Source of the DNA: Eledone cirrhosa
Lineage: Eukaryota
Length of the DNA: 64,000 nt
Direction of reading: 5' to 3'
Assembly: GCA_964016885.1 (NCBI GenBank)
Contig: OZ024743.1
Coordinates: 228,842,001-228,906,000 of the forward strand
Position 1 is the stretch's first letter, and every line of letters starts with the position of its first letter. A program made the position numbers and the translations under genes. This document shows, piece by piece, positions 12,341 through 26,777 of the stretch. Below the pieces are notes generated by a model. The model had not been told where the DNA came from. It searched no databases and worked only from the letters and a program-made list of their open reading frames with translations.

Positions 12341-14662
12341 GAATATATAAAACATTAGAGAAATACTCACAGTTTGAAGGCAAAATTAGTAGTGAGCAAG
12401 ACATTAAGAGGAATGAATGAAGCCATTATTGGATATGTTCTTGTTCACTTACATGATAATACCATTTGCCGAGGGGAAGTGTACAAGAATAATTTAGACA
12501 AATCTGAATATAGGGAATAAAAAGGAGTCCAAAAGTGCCATAGCTTTGCAACAGTCATTTGTTATGGATATTTAATGAAATTCAGGAATTTTAGCTTTGG
12601 CCAAGGTTTTATTTAATATACATGCCTTCAAGGTGCAGGTGACATTAAATCTTGTAGAAGAAGAACAAGTAACAGCAAAGTATTCAATAAAGAATGAAGT
12701 ATTTGTCTCGGGAAAGAAGCTCAATGCCACGAAAAGTCTTTGAGTGAGATTAACTTTGTGTTACACCATCACTTATGGTTCAGGGGTGAAATATTTCTTG
12801 AATCTGTCATATCATGAATAAACCAAAAGATGGTTTCTTAGCTCTTAACAGAAAATGTTATAATAGAAAGAAAAAATAATGGAGAAAAGCAAAGAAAAAT
12901 ACTGAAAAATAACAAGAAACTAACAAAGGAAAAGGACATATGAAAATGAAAAATGGATATAGGGTTGGTGGATGGTATAAAGAATGATAAAAATTAATTT
13001 ATTATTAAATAGAAAAGCCAAACAAATATATAAGATAGCACATACACAGAGCATTTATGGATAGAGAAGAGGATGAAAAAACAAAACCATTAGAAACAAA
13101 AAACAAAAGCTAAAAAGTAAACTAAAAAGACAAACATAATGATAATATATATATGTGTGGATGTGTACACATATATATATATATAACTGATGACGATGAC
13201 TATAGTGTTGGCAGCAGCAGTGGTGGCAATGATGATGTTGAAAACGGTGACAATGATGATGATAAAATACTCGTTGGTTCATTTGGGCCCCTATAAATCT
13301 TGAATAATGAATATGGGATAAAAATGTTTAATCTTCCAGAGAAATGAATGGGTTGAATGACAAAATCTAGAACTCATTTGCTTTTTGTCATCATTAAATC
13401 TCTCAAGAAATGGAGGGACAATTTTCTAGTTAGAAAAATATAATTTTTTATTAGCTATTTGTTTTATATTTAATTGTTTTTTCATATTTATTTTACACAA
13501 AAGATCTTGACATGCAAAAAATAAAAATAAAAATAAAAATGAAAGAATTGTACAATTTTTTTTTTAAACTAAAATTTTGAAACTTAATGCCAATAAAGCT
13601 TATTTCTGCTATTACATAATACCAAAACACATACGCATGCACCTTAATAATTTAAAATTTGATTTAAAAAAATAAATATATTAGTTTTTTATCTGTTATA
13701 TTGATTATTCTTAAAAATAGGGATGAGGCCAAGGTAAATAGCCCAGAAAATAAAAAAGAGGCTCATGTAAACATTTTCTTAATGTTGCTGATGAGATAAA
13801 TGTTATCACATAAATGTCAGTGTGGTACATTTCATTATTATTATATCACAGATTTGATATTTAAATCATTCATCTAAAAAGCAGTATACCTGTCATCTGA
13901 CATCTAAATTTAAGAACAGTAAAATAAATATGCTACTTCATATAATGCTATATTTTCAGTTGTACAAAGTATTCTCCCTCGGTTAGCAAGTGAGTGTTCA
14001 ATTGCTTTAATTATACTGACGACACCACAAATGCTATGTAGATATGCATGTGTGTTTATGGAGTTTGCTGAATAAGCATGTGGTCCTGGTTTAATCCAGC
14101 TCCTTGATGCCTGTCCCTATAGTCTCAGGTCAACCCAAGCCTAGAGATAAGTTAGACAGAAACAATGTGGAAGCTCATCAGAGAGATTATACTTATAATT
14201 CAAAGGACCAGCTATTTTGTATATGGGGTTATGCTCATATGGGCTAGGAATTACATTAAGAATATAAATATCTGTGGAATATTGAGTCAGACACTTTGAA
14301 TGCTTATGATCATATGAGGGCTTAATCATGCCTGACATGGGATTAAACAACAACAATAAATGTCAGCAAATACATGGTAGACAAAATACTTCCATCGTCT
14401 TTGTCTTTAAGATTATGTATTAATAGTCAAATTGCAGGAAATCTGAAGCAGTGTTTTTCAACCTTTCTGTCTCATGCACCACAACATACAACCTACCATG
14501 ATCAAAGTTAATCATATATAACATTGTGTATATGGCCATTCAGAAGTCTCAACTCCAACAAAAATATTCTCCCATCCCCCACTTTCATAAACACTGGTCT
14601 AGAGTAAGAGTCAAAATTCTTATCAGCTTAAGAATATCTTTATGAATATATATATATATATA

Positions 14663-14766
14663 CAGGGTGTCCCCGAAAAATGTATACACATAGGCTGTGC
14701 ATTCTATTAAATATTACCTGTACAGGTAATATATATAAGTGTGTATACATTTTTTGGGACATGCTG
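14663..14766. mobile_element. Tc1/mariner-type MITE (104 bp)
   Basis: TA|CAGGGTGTCCCCGAAAAATGTATACACA ... TGTGTATACATTTTTTGGGACATGCTG|TA terminal inverted repeats. Confidence 0.8.
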
Positions 14767-16079
14767 TATATATATATCATCATCATCACCATATATATAT
14801 ATATATATACCTCCCTTCACATACACACACACAAACAAGATCATTCTCTGGTTATGGAATTACTGTCTGAAACGTGATTATTTAATAACAGTTGAAGCAT
14901 AAATTGATTGCAGAAAGAAGGGCCTTTCGTGCAATCATGTCTAAAGATTCAAACAGACTGGACAGATATATAAACAAACAAATGTATTCTCTCCAGAAAT
15001 TTACCAAACTTAATTTGAATTTCTATTCCAGAAATCAAAGCTAATGATTATATACCATATATAATTCATTTTTCTTCTAGTCACTTATGACAAGAACTGC
15101 AGCAATATAAAGTTGACAGGCTATACTTAGTAGTTGTAATGTTTGTTCCTCGAAGCTAATAACAAACTGCAAGTCATGTACATTATATATATATATATGT
15201 ATATATATATATGTATGCATATAATGTATGTATACATACATACATGCATACATACATTACATAAGTACACCATGCAGACACAATGTTGCATGTCAGAATA
15301 TAAAAAAATATTATAAGTAGAACAATTTGAACTGTGAAACATATAAAATCCAGTCAAATTATTTAAAGAGCTAAAATGCAGTCAACCTTTTTAAAACAGT
15401 TGAAAATGCAATCAAACACTTTATTTAAATACCTAAAATTGAAATATCAATTTACAAACAGAATATCTATATCTATCTAAATATATATTCTAAAGATTAT
15501 ATGGTAAAAATCAACATTTTTTGGAATTATTTTGCTATGCTCTGGAGAAAAATCAGCAAGTTGCAGAACTACTAAAGTGTCAAAAAGATTAACAAACAGA
15601 TCATTTCAACTCAGAAATGGGGTATAAATAAATGAATAAATAAAAAATTGATAAAATAAGTAAATAACCCCAGTCACCCACCTCGCCACTGCCATCACTA
15701 CATTTGAAATTAAGGAAGAAAATAAAGAAATGTTTCACTGTAGTAACATGAACATTTATTTCCTTGCTGAAAATAAAGCTGAGATTTTTCTTTGAAAATA
15801 GCATTGGCTTTCACTGAAGTGAAAGAAATTAGCTAAAGAATTCTTCTAGCTCTGATTTTTATTTCTTTGCAAAAACCAACATGTATATACACACATTCTC
15901 TCACACTTCCAATGAATAAGCAATTTACTTAAAATGGTGATTCATTTTCTTAATTTATTAGGATTATACATCAATGAAATAAATCAAATTCATTTACCTG
16001 CTATGTCCAATGGAAAAAATAAACTTTTTCCCAACAAATTAAATAAAATGCTTGGTAAAATATCTGATAACTTGAAGAT

Positions 16080-16105
16080 ACTTACCTAAAAAAAAAGAAA
16101 AAAAT
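16080..16105 (-). promoter_or_regulatory. Candidate recursive splice site (3' splice site fused to 5' splice site)
   Basis: Minus strand TTTTTTTCTTTTTTTTTAG|GTAAGT, junction 16086|16085. Confidence 0.45.
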
Positions 16106-16256
16106 AGTTTTATAGTGTAAAGCAAAGCTATAAAAATCGTTAAGAGATATATAAAGATCATAGCTATAACAATCATTAGGATATATATAGAGAGACACAC
16201 ATATATATGTATATATTGCAAGCAAAGAAAAGTGAATATAAAATGATGACGATGAG

Positions 16257-16319
<63 letters not shown>

Positions 16320-16982
16320 TGGCTATAACAATTATTTGAGGATATATAAAATTTATAACAAAATTTTGTAAAGCACACATTTTTTGTTGATTTTTGTGCA
16401 GTGATTGTGGTGGTAATGGATGGTAGTGGTAGAAGACAGTGAAAGGAAAGGGCAGTGAGCATATGTTAATGTTAATGTGACATCTGTATAGATAGATATT
16501 CATCAATTTATTTTTAAGAACATGATTTACGAAAGTGACAAGCAGGAAAAAGGGAAAATAAATAAAAGAAAGGGTGGGGAAAAACTTTTCACCCTAAGCT
16601 AGATGGTATATCACAGCTGCTGGGCTTCATGGTCAAGATGGCAAAAGTATTGCTACTGAAAAAGAACAACCAGCATTGCCCACTACCCCAGCCACTCCAC
16701 CTCATAAAGGTACTTCCTTAGGTGAGATGCTCTCTTCGTAATTTGGAGTGATGTTTGGGGTCAAAATGATGAAACTAACACCAGAGAAAGTGTCACAACA
16801 TGGTGTCCAAGGACTTACAACCTCTCAAATGGGGAAAAGGCTATCCTATCTGGGCATTTACTGTCACCATGGTTGAGGTTGACAGTTGTGAAACCAACCT
16901 CATTGAGGATACTTTTAATGACATCTGCAAATAGTGGTTTAGTGGTTAGTGTGTTTGGCTCTTCCTAAAATGATGGCTGATT

Positions 16983-17032
<50 letters not shown>

Positions 17033-17435
17033 ATAGCAGCAGTAGCAGCAGTAGTAACAGCAATAACAGCAGCAGTTGTAGCAGCACCAGCAGTAATAGT
17101 AACAGTGAGAGCATCAAAGTGCTGACCTTCTTTTTTCTAAAGATGATAGATAATCTTTTCTAACTAATACAAAACTGTTGCTTAATTATTCATAAACACT
17201 TTAAATAATGTGGAATTTATTCCCTTTTAAATCGTTGTGATGTGTTTACCTTTTTATTGATCATAGATGTTAACAGGTGTTCTAGTGTGCTTAGGAGCTT
17301 AGCAGCTTTCATATAATTATTCAACAATGTGAGAGGGAGAGAAAGAGGAGAGACAGTTCTTTTTTTTCTTTTTGGATAGGATGTAAGTTTATCATCAAAT
17401 GGCTTTAGTTTAATATATATATATGTATATATATG

Positions 17436-17470
<35 letters not shown>

Positions 17471-18423
17471 ATCATCATCGTTTTAACATCTTTTTCTGCT
17501 AGCAAGGGTTAGATGGGTTTACATACACCAAGACAGTACTGAAGTAAGGCTACTGATGTCCCAGACAGGCTAGGGATCTGTGTCTTGCTTATGTACAGTC
17601 TCATATTCTCCAGAGTGCACAGGAGAGGTATTCATGTCTTTGACAAAACTGAGGGTCCTCCCAATTTTGTTTAGCAACCTTTCTATAGCTGGATGCCCTT
17701 TCTATCATCAACCACTTTACAGCATGTACCAGGTGTGTTTATCATGTAAATCATCAATACTAGAGAAGCACAATTAAAGAGACATCTAGGCCTACCTTCC
17801 CCCATTTTATTTTTTTCATATATACACATAACCCTTGCTAGCAGTGAAAATGGACTATGATGATGATAATATTACTTTATAGGTTCAATACCCATTAATA
17901 AACTAGTGTCTTTTATAAGTAGTAAGCTTAATGTGACCATAGTACATGTTTTTAGTTAGGTGAACTGGAACAATTAAGGAGAGTAATTGGGACAGAACAC
18001 AAAATATGGTAAGCTGGGTAGTAACAATCAAGGCTTTTGCAGTTTTGTGTGAAATAATTAGATATATAATTGTCAACTGAATATAGTACTGGTGTAACAT
18101 CTTATAGGGTTTGTGATCGAATCCAGTGTAAGCCTAGTTTTTGTAGTTTTTAAAAAACTATATTTTCAAGAGTTGGCTATATGAATGTTGTGTAGTGAAT
18201 ATTATTCTCAGAAACCTGTCTGAAATAAAGACATATGAGATCAATTCCGACTAAAACTCATGTTGTTACTTTTATTAATCCACAAGTCAATTTTGATTGA
18301 GCAGATCTGTGATTGAAGATATTCCAGCCATAATTACCCATCTATTTTTAAAGCACAGTGTATGTACCCCAAACTATATTATAAAATATTTCCCTTTTTA
18401 AAGCATTTTAGGGTGTGACTTAA

Positions 18424-18630
18424 CCCTTTAGCATTTAAACTGGCTGTATCCAGCAAGAGTTCTTTCAGCTCTTTCTGTTCCAACCAGCCATAACTGGCAT
18501 TAAGGTATTGTTCTCAAAATAAATAATAATATCATCAAAATCTCGTAAATTCCATATCATGTAAGATAATTATGTGAGATAAGCCTTTACCATGAAAATA
18601 TAATAGTAGTGCAATGTAAATGCTAAAGTG
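18424..18630. mobile_element. piggyBac-like MITE
   Basis: TTAA|CCCTTTAGCATTTA ... TAAATGCTAAAGTG|TTAA. Confidence 0.85.
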
Positions 18631-20702
18631 TTAACGGAGATTTGGCTGCTATTTCTACCAGATTAAGCTCCTTTGTTTTCTCACTCAGATACATGTACAT
18701 TAATATGGCAAACCTGATACCTAATACCAAATAGAGATTGAATCATTTGAAATGTAGTATTTTAGAAATCAGAACGAAAAAATTCTTAGTGACCCCAAAT
18801 TTGTTCCGTCAGCAAATAATAAAAAAAAAACCCATTTCAATAATTTGGAGCTGCTGTAGGTATTTTCTGTGAATATTTGAGCAACACACTGATTTCAATG
18901 TGTCTCAGTTTAAATAACTCTTGAGAATAGGTTTCCAGATCAACTGGGAATGTCACTTGCAATAAACTGGGATGGTATTCACAGGAACTTTATCTCTTAT
19001 TCACTTAAGATGAAATCAGATCTTAGCACCAGCCGTTAAGAGTCTCTAGAGTCATAGCAGTTACTACTAACATTACATTACATGTGAGATAAGTAACTTT
19101 TAAAGGGTCTAGAAGAATTAAATTTGATTCTTTCCACAATTCAACTTAGCATTAATTTACTGTATGTTGTTTTTTTTTATGCCTGGCCATATGGCAATAT
19201 AAGAAGGGACAAAAATGATAGGAACTTTTCATTTTCTTGTGCTACATTACAGGCAATTATGTCCTTTAATTCCCTTCATATTTTTGTTGTTATTTATATC
19301 TATGTGAATCCAGTTTATAATAGATACATTGTATCCCTGCATATTGTAAGAGGTGATTAAAAAGAATTGGTACCAGAAAAAGCATCTGGCCATGAAATAG
19401 AAAGTACCGCCTGATGAGTATAGTAATGTATGGGCAGTGTACTCGCTGAAGTATCTCAAGGGTGTTCCCACATTCTTTCGACAAATTTCAAGGCTGGGAA
19501 CCTGGTTGAAACAAAGGAATTCAATCCATTTTGGATCACCAAGTTACTGACATACTTTGTAGAGACCAGTATATAAATTTGGGGTGTGGAATATAGGGAC
19601 ACTGTCAGGGAGAGCAGGAAAAGTGGTGGAAGTGCTGAAAGGAAAAAGATGGAGGAAATGGAATCCAAGGGGTTGATGAGAGGGGATGCTGACAGTGCAA
19701 AATGAAGCTTAGAAAATTGCCTTAAAATGTGTGTTGTTGTTTAGATTCAAGTCAGACCTGATTGAACAGACCTAAAATCAAAACCAATCTAGTCATGATT
19801 GAGTCATTTAGTGTGTACTAAACTACAAAATTCAATGTGTTCTTCAAGATAGGGAGGTGTGATTTGAGAGAAATTTGACTGATATTTCTAACATGTAAAA
19901 CAAACACATAGACACTCCTTCATAAATACAATTTGATGACATGAAGTTTTCTATATACATGTGTGTGCATATACGCATGCACATACATGTTTGTTGTATC
20001 TCCATCAGTTCTGACGATGAATGCTCCAGTTGTTTAAACAACTGAGCAACCAGTTTGTGAAATTAACATGAAAGTGGTTGTGCTCAGGAATATTCAGCAT
20101 GCCACAGTATATGACAAGGCTAACCCTTCATATTGCAGGTACAACTCATTATTTCTAGTGGAGTTGACTGCAACAATGTGAAGTATTGTCTTTCTCATAC
20201 ACACAGCTTGTTGCTGGTAGGAATTAAACTCCCAAACTTATGCTCACGATTCAAACACCCTAACCACTAAGCCACATAGATATGTATATAAAAACTCAAA
20301 ATCATACACAATACAACATGTATGCATGTGTGTTTGTCAGATTATGAAGAAAATACCGCAAATAAGAAGTGTCATCCAAGTGAACCAACCAGCTTGAGAA
20401 GCCATTATCATTTCAATAAACATCTTAGTGTTTTGCAAATGTGCACACAAATACAGCACACAGAGAGATAATTTTTTTTGTTTCATGTTGGTGCTTTCTT
20501 TTTTTATTTTGCAATATAGCAAGACACCAGCAGAGAGAGAAAGAGAGGCAAAAAGTTAAAGCAGCGATAACAAAACAAAGAGAAACAGAAAGGAAAAAAA
20601 ACGATGAGTATCTTGTTTAAGACAAATGTGTTATTCCTGAAATAGTCAAGTAACATCTTGTGACATCTGTTATATAGTTCCCTTGAACAAGCAAGAAATC
20701 AG

Positions 20703-20766
<64 letters not shown>

Positions 20767-20864
20767 TTTCGAAATGGTGGTGGTTAGGGTGTTGAGATGG
20801 TTAAACTTTGACAACAAACATCATTATCAGTATTGTTGATAATATTAGTGGAGTTATTAATGTA

Positions 20865-21205
20865 GAAGAAAGAAAGAAAGAGAAAAGAAGAAAAAGAAGA
20901 AAAAGAAGAAAAAGAAGAAAAAGAAGAAGAAAAAGAAGAAAAAGAAAAAGAAAAGAAAAAGAAGAAAAAGAAAAAGAAGAAAAAGAAAAGAAAAAGAAGA
21001 AAAAGAAAAAGAAGAAAAAGAAGAAAAAGAAGAAGAAGAAGAAGAAAGAGAAGAAAGAGGAGAAAAAGGAGGAAAAGAAGGAGGAAAAGAAGAAGAAGAA
21101 GAAGGAGAAGAAGAAGAAGAAGAAGGAGAAGGAGAAGGAGAAGAAGAAGAAGGAGGAGGAGGAGGAGAAGAAGGAGGAGAAGGAGAAGGAGGAGGAGGAG
21201 AAGAA
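20865..21205. repeat. Compound (AAG)/(GAG)/(AAAAG) purine microsatellite
   Basis: Direct reading; source of the K/E/R-rich and poly-L ORFs. Confidence 0.95.
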
Positions 21206-21412
21206 ACAGTATGATGTAGTAAGTTTCAGCCTGTGTGTTTGGACTTTGGGTCAGGCAGAGGCTGTTAAAGCTGACAAACATGGCAACTACAGAAATTGGA
21301 ATTCCAGATAATCTCAGAAGACAAATCTAATAGTTTACTACTTCAAAGCCTGTTTCATATGTCTATTTTGTGATGTATTTTATATATATATATAGAAAGA
21401 GAGAGAGAGAGA

Positions 21413-21449
<37 letters not shown>

Positions 21450-21508
21450 AAAACGCAGAGAATGGTTAAAAGACTGGCTGTATGTATGTATGGATGTATA
21501 TATATATA

Positions 21509-21546
<38 letters not shown>

Positions 21547-22779
21547 CATATATATTGTATATGCTATTTTTTTCCGCTTGTTTTTTAATCACTTCCTACA
21601 TCAGTTTCCATGGAAAAATATACTTTATTTTCCTAGCTCAGTCATGTTTCTTTAATAGAGAGATATAGAAAGAAAACTACCATGTTGGGAGGAGAGAGAG
21701 AGAGAGTCCCTCGCACTGTAAACCATGTTTGTTTTTATTTTTATTCCTCTTGTATAAAGAAAGAATAAATCTTTAGATTAACATACTGTTCTCCACCTAA
21801 AAAACTTAAATAATAGATAAGCTCTGGCCCCAAAAAGATGTCTGAAGGAAGGAATCTATTTCAGAGTTTTATGAAAATTTCTCAGACTTCTTACATACAT
21901 TGCACACACACATATATCCATAGGCCTTGAACTCCTGATGGAGCTGTAGTGGCACCGTCATTTCATACAGTACATCATGGGCATTTTTAAAATCTGAGCA
22001 AGCTCATCTCTCTCCAGGTCTGAACTCAGACTATTTCTTACAGAGAGAGGGGGGGGGGAGTGGGAGTGGCAGAGAGGGAGGAGAGGGGGAGGGAGAGTGG
22101 CAGAGAGAGGGAGAGAGAAAGGGAGAGAGACAGAGATGGTGAGAAGTAGAATCAACGTCAGTATCTCGCTTATTTCACGCGCCCCTCTAACACTTCAAAC
22201 TTTCACCCAATAACAGAAAAATATGAATTGACCCTTAGTCCCTGCAGGCCCCTAATCAGCTTTATGAATAATACTTTTCTGACCCCATCACTTATTTCCC
22301 TACCATCCTTGGTCTGCTTCTATAGTGAGCAATTCTCCACTGCATTCACATATGTCTAACAAGTGTTCTACCTCTTGTGCTTGCATTTCATGCCAAGTCA
22401 CTTTCTCGGTTCACTTATGCTCCACCTTTCATACACATTGATAATAATGTACATCAAACAAATCATACACAATTCATTTATTTCCAGCCTTCACAGATCT
22501 TCTGTGTTTAATACCCATGTTTCCTGACCATGCAACATCATGCATCTTACACACACATTCTGCCTTTTAGAAAGGAAAATTCTTTGTTGCCATTAGAAGT
22601 AACAGTTCACTAAACTTCATCTACCTCATTTGTTTTTACTCCACCTACTCTACTATCATTACAACTAACTTCAAGATTTGTATTTTTGTGAATGCATGTG
22701 TGCACATGAACACATGCACGAAGGTAAAAGTGTATGCATAAAGTTAATATACCATATGAGTGTATATATTACCACACAG

Positions 22780-23300
22780 ATACATATATATATATATATA
22801 TATATACACATACATACATACATACATATATATATATATACATACATACATACATATATACATACATATATACATACATACATACATATATACATACATA
22901 CATACATACATATATACATACATATATATAAACATATATACATACATATATATATACATATATATATACATACATACATACATATATACATACATATATA
23001 TAAACATATATACATACATATATATATACATACATACATATATATATACATATATATATACATACATACATACATATATACATACATACATACATATATA
23101 CATACATATATATAAACATATATACATACATATATAAACATATATATATACATACATACATATATACATACATACATATATATATACATACATATATATA
23201 TACATACATACATATATACATACATACATATATATATATATATACATACATGTATGTTTGTATGTATATATATATATGTGTTTGCATATATATATATACA
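22780..23300. repeat. (TA)n/(TACA)n compound microsatellite
   Basis: Direct reading. Confidence 0.95.
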
Positions 23301-23538
23301 TGCAAGTGTATGTGTGTTTTAGATGTGCATGTATGCAGAGATGTACACAGTAAGTAAGACAGAAAGAGAAGTTAGTTACTGAATCTATTAAGCAATAGCT
23401 TTATATGGAATTATTTACATGGGGTAAAGAAGAGAAATATTCACACAATGACACCCACAAAAATAACAATTACTGAGGCCCTTCCTCTGGAATAATACTA
23501 AAGTTTTTCAAATGATATCAGGCTACTGATACTACTAC

Positions 23539-23620
23539 TGACCCTAAGGAACCTATAAAATATTAGGACATACCCATATTGACCCTAAGGAACCTATAAA
23601 ATATTAGGACATACCCATAT
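23539..23620. repeat. Exact 41-bp tandem duplication
   Basis: TGACCCTAAGGAACCTATAAAATATTAGGACATACCCATAT x2. Confidence 0.95.
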
Positions 23621-23629
23621 TAAGATGTT

Positions 23630-23900
23630 AATTTACCCTTTCATTGCCATATTTCTTTTGAAAGACACTGTACTCATATGATTTTGAAAATAATCAAGAA
23701 TCTGGAGGGGTTTTGTAAACTTTCTCCTTATTAAAATATTGTTTGAAGCATAACTTAAAATTCTTTACATAAAATTATGATTTTAAAAAGAAATATATAT
23801 ATATAATCACTTTAGAGCAAACATCATCATGTCATAGAACCAGGAGTTGTTTTAGACAGTTTGGTATCAAAATTGTTAAATCTATCACACTTAACCTTTT
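23630..23900. mobile_element. piggyBac-like MITE, second family (degenerate); inverted relative at 33610-33848
   Basis: TTACCCTTTCATTGCCATATTTC..TTTGGTATCAAAATTGTTAA versus TTAACTCTTTTAATATCAAAC..GAAATATGGTAATAAAAGGGTTAA. Confidence 0.55.
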
Positions 23901-24059
23901 CAAACAAATGATCTGATACCTTTCTGAAAGGAAGCCCAAATAAGCTATATAGAAATTAATATATTTTCCAAATACACAATAAGAATTCTTTCTGCAGAGT
24001 TGTTTGTTGCTAACTTCAAATATCACAGCCATTCCTTCATTTCATTAATACTAAAATTA

Positions 24060-24380
24060 AATCATCATCATTTTTACATCTATTTTTTTCCCATACTTGC
24101 ATGGTTTAGAAGAGGTCTCTCCAGCGCAATATCTTTCCACTTGTCTCTTTCCTTTTTCCTTTCCTGTGTGAGGCATAATTTCTAGGGATCGGTTTCCACA
24201 ACCTCTGGTTATGATTTTATTGGTCTTCTTCTCCCATGAATTCCTTTTATTTGAAATTCTTGACATTTCTTGACCCAGCAACCATCCATGCACATTACAT
24301 GTCCAAACCAGTGCAATGTTCTTCATGCAACATCTGTCTACTCTGATATTCATCCTTACTGGGATAAAGCTAGCATAAGA
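24060..24380 (-). mobile_element. Degenerate RTE LINE 3' fragment
   Basis: Remnant of ..LHWFGHVMCMD.. and RTE tail (AAACCATGCAAGTATGGG..GATGATGAT). Confidence 0.65.
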
Positions 24381-24400
24381 CAAATAATTATTGTTTTTAA

Positions 24401-24603
24401 GACTTTAGCATTTACTCTATATTTACTATTATATTTTCATGGTAAAGGTTTTATCTTACATAATATCGAATCTATGAGATTTTGATATTATTCATTTTGA
24501 TAACAATACCTTAACATCAGTATGAGTAGCCAGTTACGGTTGGTTTGAACAGAAAAAAGTGAGAGAATTCTCGCCGGATATGGCTGGTTTAAATGCTAAA
24601 GAG
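24401..24603. mobile_element. piggyBac-like MITE (same family as 18424, inverted)
   Basis: TTAA|GACTTTAGCATTTA ... TAAATGCTAAAGAG|TTAA. Confidence 0.85.
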
Positions 24604-24760
24604 TTAACATATGTACAAGACCAGAACAGTGGATAATATGAAACCTAGTACTTTATTGCTTCATATTTTATGAACCTCCTAAAACAATATAAGACAATGT
24701 CAACTTTAGCAGATTCAAACTCCACAACAAAGAAGATAATTATATCTTAAACCAATAATT

Positions 24761-25330
24761 TATGATTGTTTCTACTTTTGGCACAAAGCCAACAATTATC
24801 CCAGTGTATTACTGGTACTTTATTTTATCAACCCCGTAAGGATGAAAGGCAAAGTTAACCTCGACGGGATTTGAACTCAGATCATAAAGGGCAGTAACTA
24901 TGCTGCAAAGCATGGTGTCTGACTCTCTACAGATACTGCCAATCCACATGGTAATGATTGTTTCTACTTTTGGCACAAGGCCAGCAATTATCCCAGGGTA
25001 CCACTAGTACTTTATTTTATCGACCCCGTAAGGATGAAAGGCAAAGTTAACCTTGGCAGGATTTGAACTCAGACCATAAAGGGCCGTAACTCTTTGTTGC
25101 AAAGCATGGCGTCTGACCCTCTACCGATACTGCCAAATAATTTATAATTGTTTCTACTTTAGGCACAAGGCCAGCAAATTACCCAGTGCATTACTGGTAC
25201 TTTATTTTATCGACCTCGTAAGGATGAAAGGCAAAGTCGACCTCGGCGGGATTTGAACTCAGATCGTAAAGGGACGTAACTATACTGGAAAGCATGGCAT
25301 CCGACCCTCTACCGATACTGCCAATCTACC
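24761..25330 (-). mobile_element. Three MetaSINE-like copies in head-to-tail tandem
   Basis: Units of about 185 bp at 24761-24947, 24955-25135, 25145-25330. Confidence 0.92.
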
Positions 25331-26554
25331 AAATAATTTATAATGTCCCTACAACATTTGCCATGGTCAGTATTTTACTTCTGACAAATGCTATTAACCC
25401 TATCACCACTGAATATTCTACCATGTCCACCTGCAGTGTATATAATTGTGCTTCTAAGGAGAAGCTTAACTCCAGGGAGTGGTAAGTATCACAGGCTAAT
25501 GTCAATAAATCAATAAACAAGTGGGACTTAGTGCCAACAGAAATCTGGGGCAAGCCAGAAATATTGTTTTTATTCTAACAGTCATTAAAAGGGCTTATAG
25601 TAAACAGAAATAAATAAAATAAATAAATAAAAGTAGATCAAGGGTGTTAAAAGTAAGGAAGGGTCTATGCATATATATGACATGTATATGACATATCTTA
25701 AGCTAAATTGGAATATATGACCAGATGCTACAGAAAGAAAACAACACTAAACAAACAGTGTGAAATAGTAAGAGGTGTGAGATTGACATTACAGACTCCC
25801 TTCACTTTATTCTAGTAACTAATAAATAAGGGAATATATATAGAGAAAAAATACACAGGAGGGAGAGAGAAAAGGGATTATTGAAAATTCCACCATTACA
25901 CTTTAAGATGTCATTTATTTTCCTTTATTGACTTCTCTGTGACACTGGGGACAGTGAAACTAGCCCACACATGACATTCATCACATGAAGCAATCATTTT
26001 GTCACCATTGCCACCACTACTACAATTGCTACTACTAATATTATCAATACTAATACCACCACCACCATTACTACTACAGTAACGACAATCAAAGAGGGAA
26101 CCTTTATGTGGGTGTTCAATCTGCCAGAAATAACAACCAAATCTGCCTCAAATCCAACACACTTATCATCTTAGAGGAAGGACATGCTACATGATGTAGT
26201 CCTAGATACTCCTGAATTGACAAAAGGGGCATGGCCAGAATCCCTTTCATCATAGATTTAATCATCTAGGGTTGACCGGGGATTAAACAAGAAGAACAAC
26301 TCAATTAAAAGGCCGTCTTATCCAGTCATTTGATCTGCTAGAAATAGCAATCAAATCTCTCTTGAATTGCAGTCTACTGCAATTAAAAATAGAAAGACAT
26401 GGAATAATGTTGTACTTTAATATATCTAATGCACCCCACTTCTAGCAAAGGGTGGGATGATCACAACTGGAAGGTCTTCGATCAAAGGCCTACTTAATCA
26501 AGGCTGATGGAGGGTTAAACAAGAATGATAGAGCAACAAACACTTTATAAAAAC

Positions 26555-26745
26555 AATGAGTTGTAATATAGACACAAGACCAGAAATTTAAGGGAGAAGA
26601 GAAAGTCGATTATAGCAAACCCCAGGACATGGCTGGTACTTTATTTTATCAACTTCAGAAAGATGAAAGATAAAGTTGACCTTGGTAGGATTCAAACTCA
26701 GAGTATAAGGAGCCAGAACAAATACCACAAAGCATTTTGTCAAAA
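26555..26745 (-). mobile_element. Old MetaSINE-like copy
   Basis: GGTACTTTATTTTATCAAC..GATGAAAGATAAAGTTGACC..ATTCAAACTCAG. Confidence 0.7.
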
Positions 26746-26777
26746 TAGGGGGTGCACAGGACAAAGTATATATATAT

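Noticed and set aside
13785-13820. CTGATGA followed by a GATAA/TTATC hairpin
   Set aside because: GAAA absent
20784-21311. K/E/R-rich and poly-Leu ORFs
   Set aside because: Purine microsatellite
24761-25330. Regularly spaced repeats resembling a CRISPR or satellite array
   Set aside because: Units are dispersed SINE copies with no spacers
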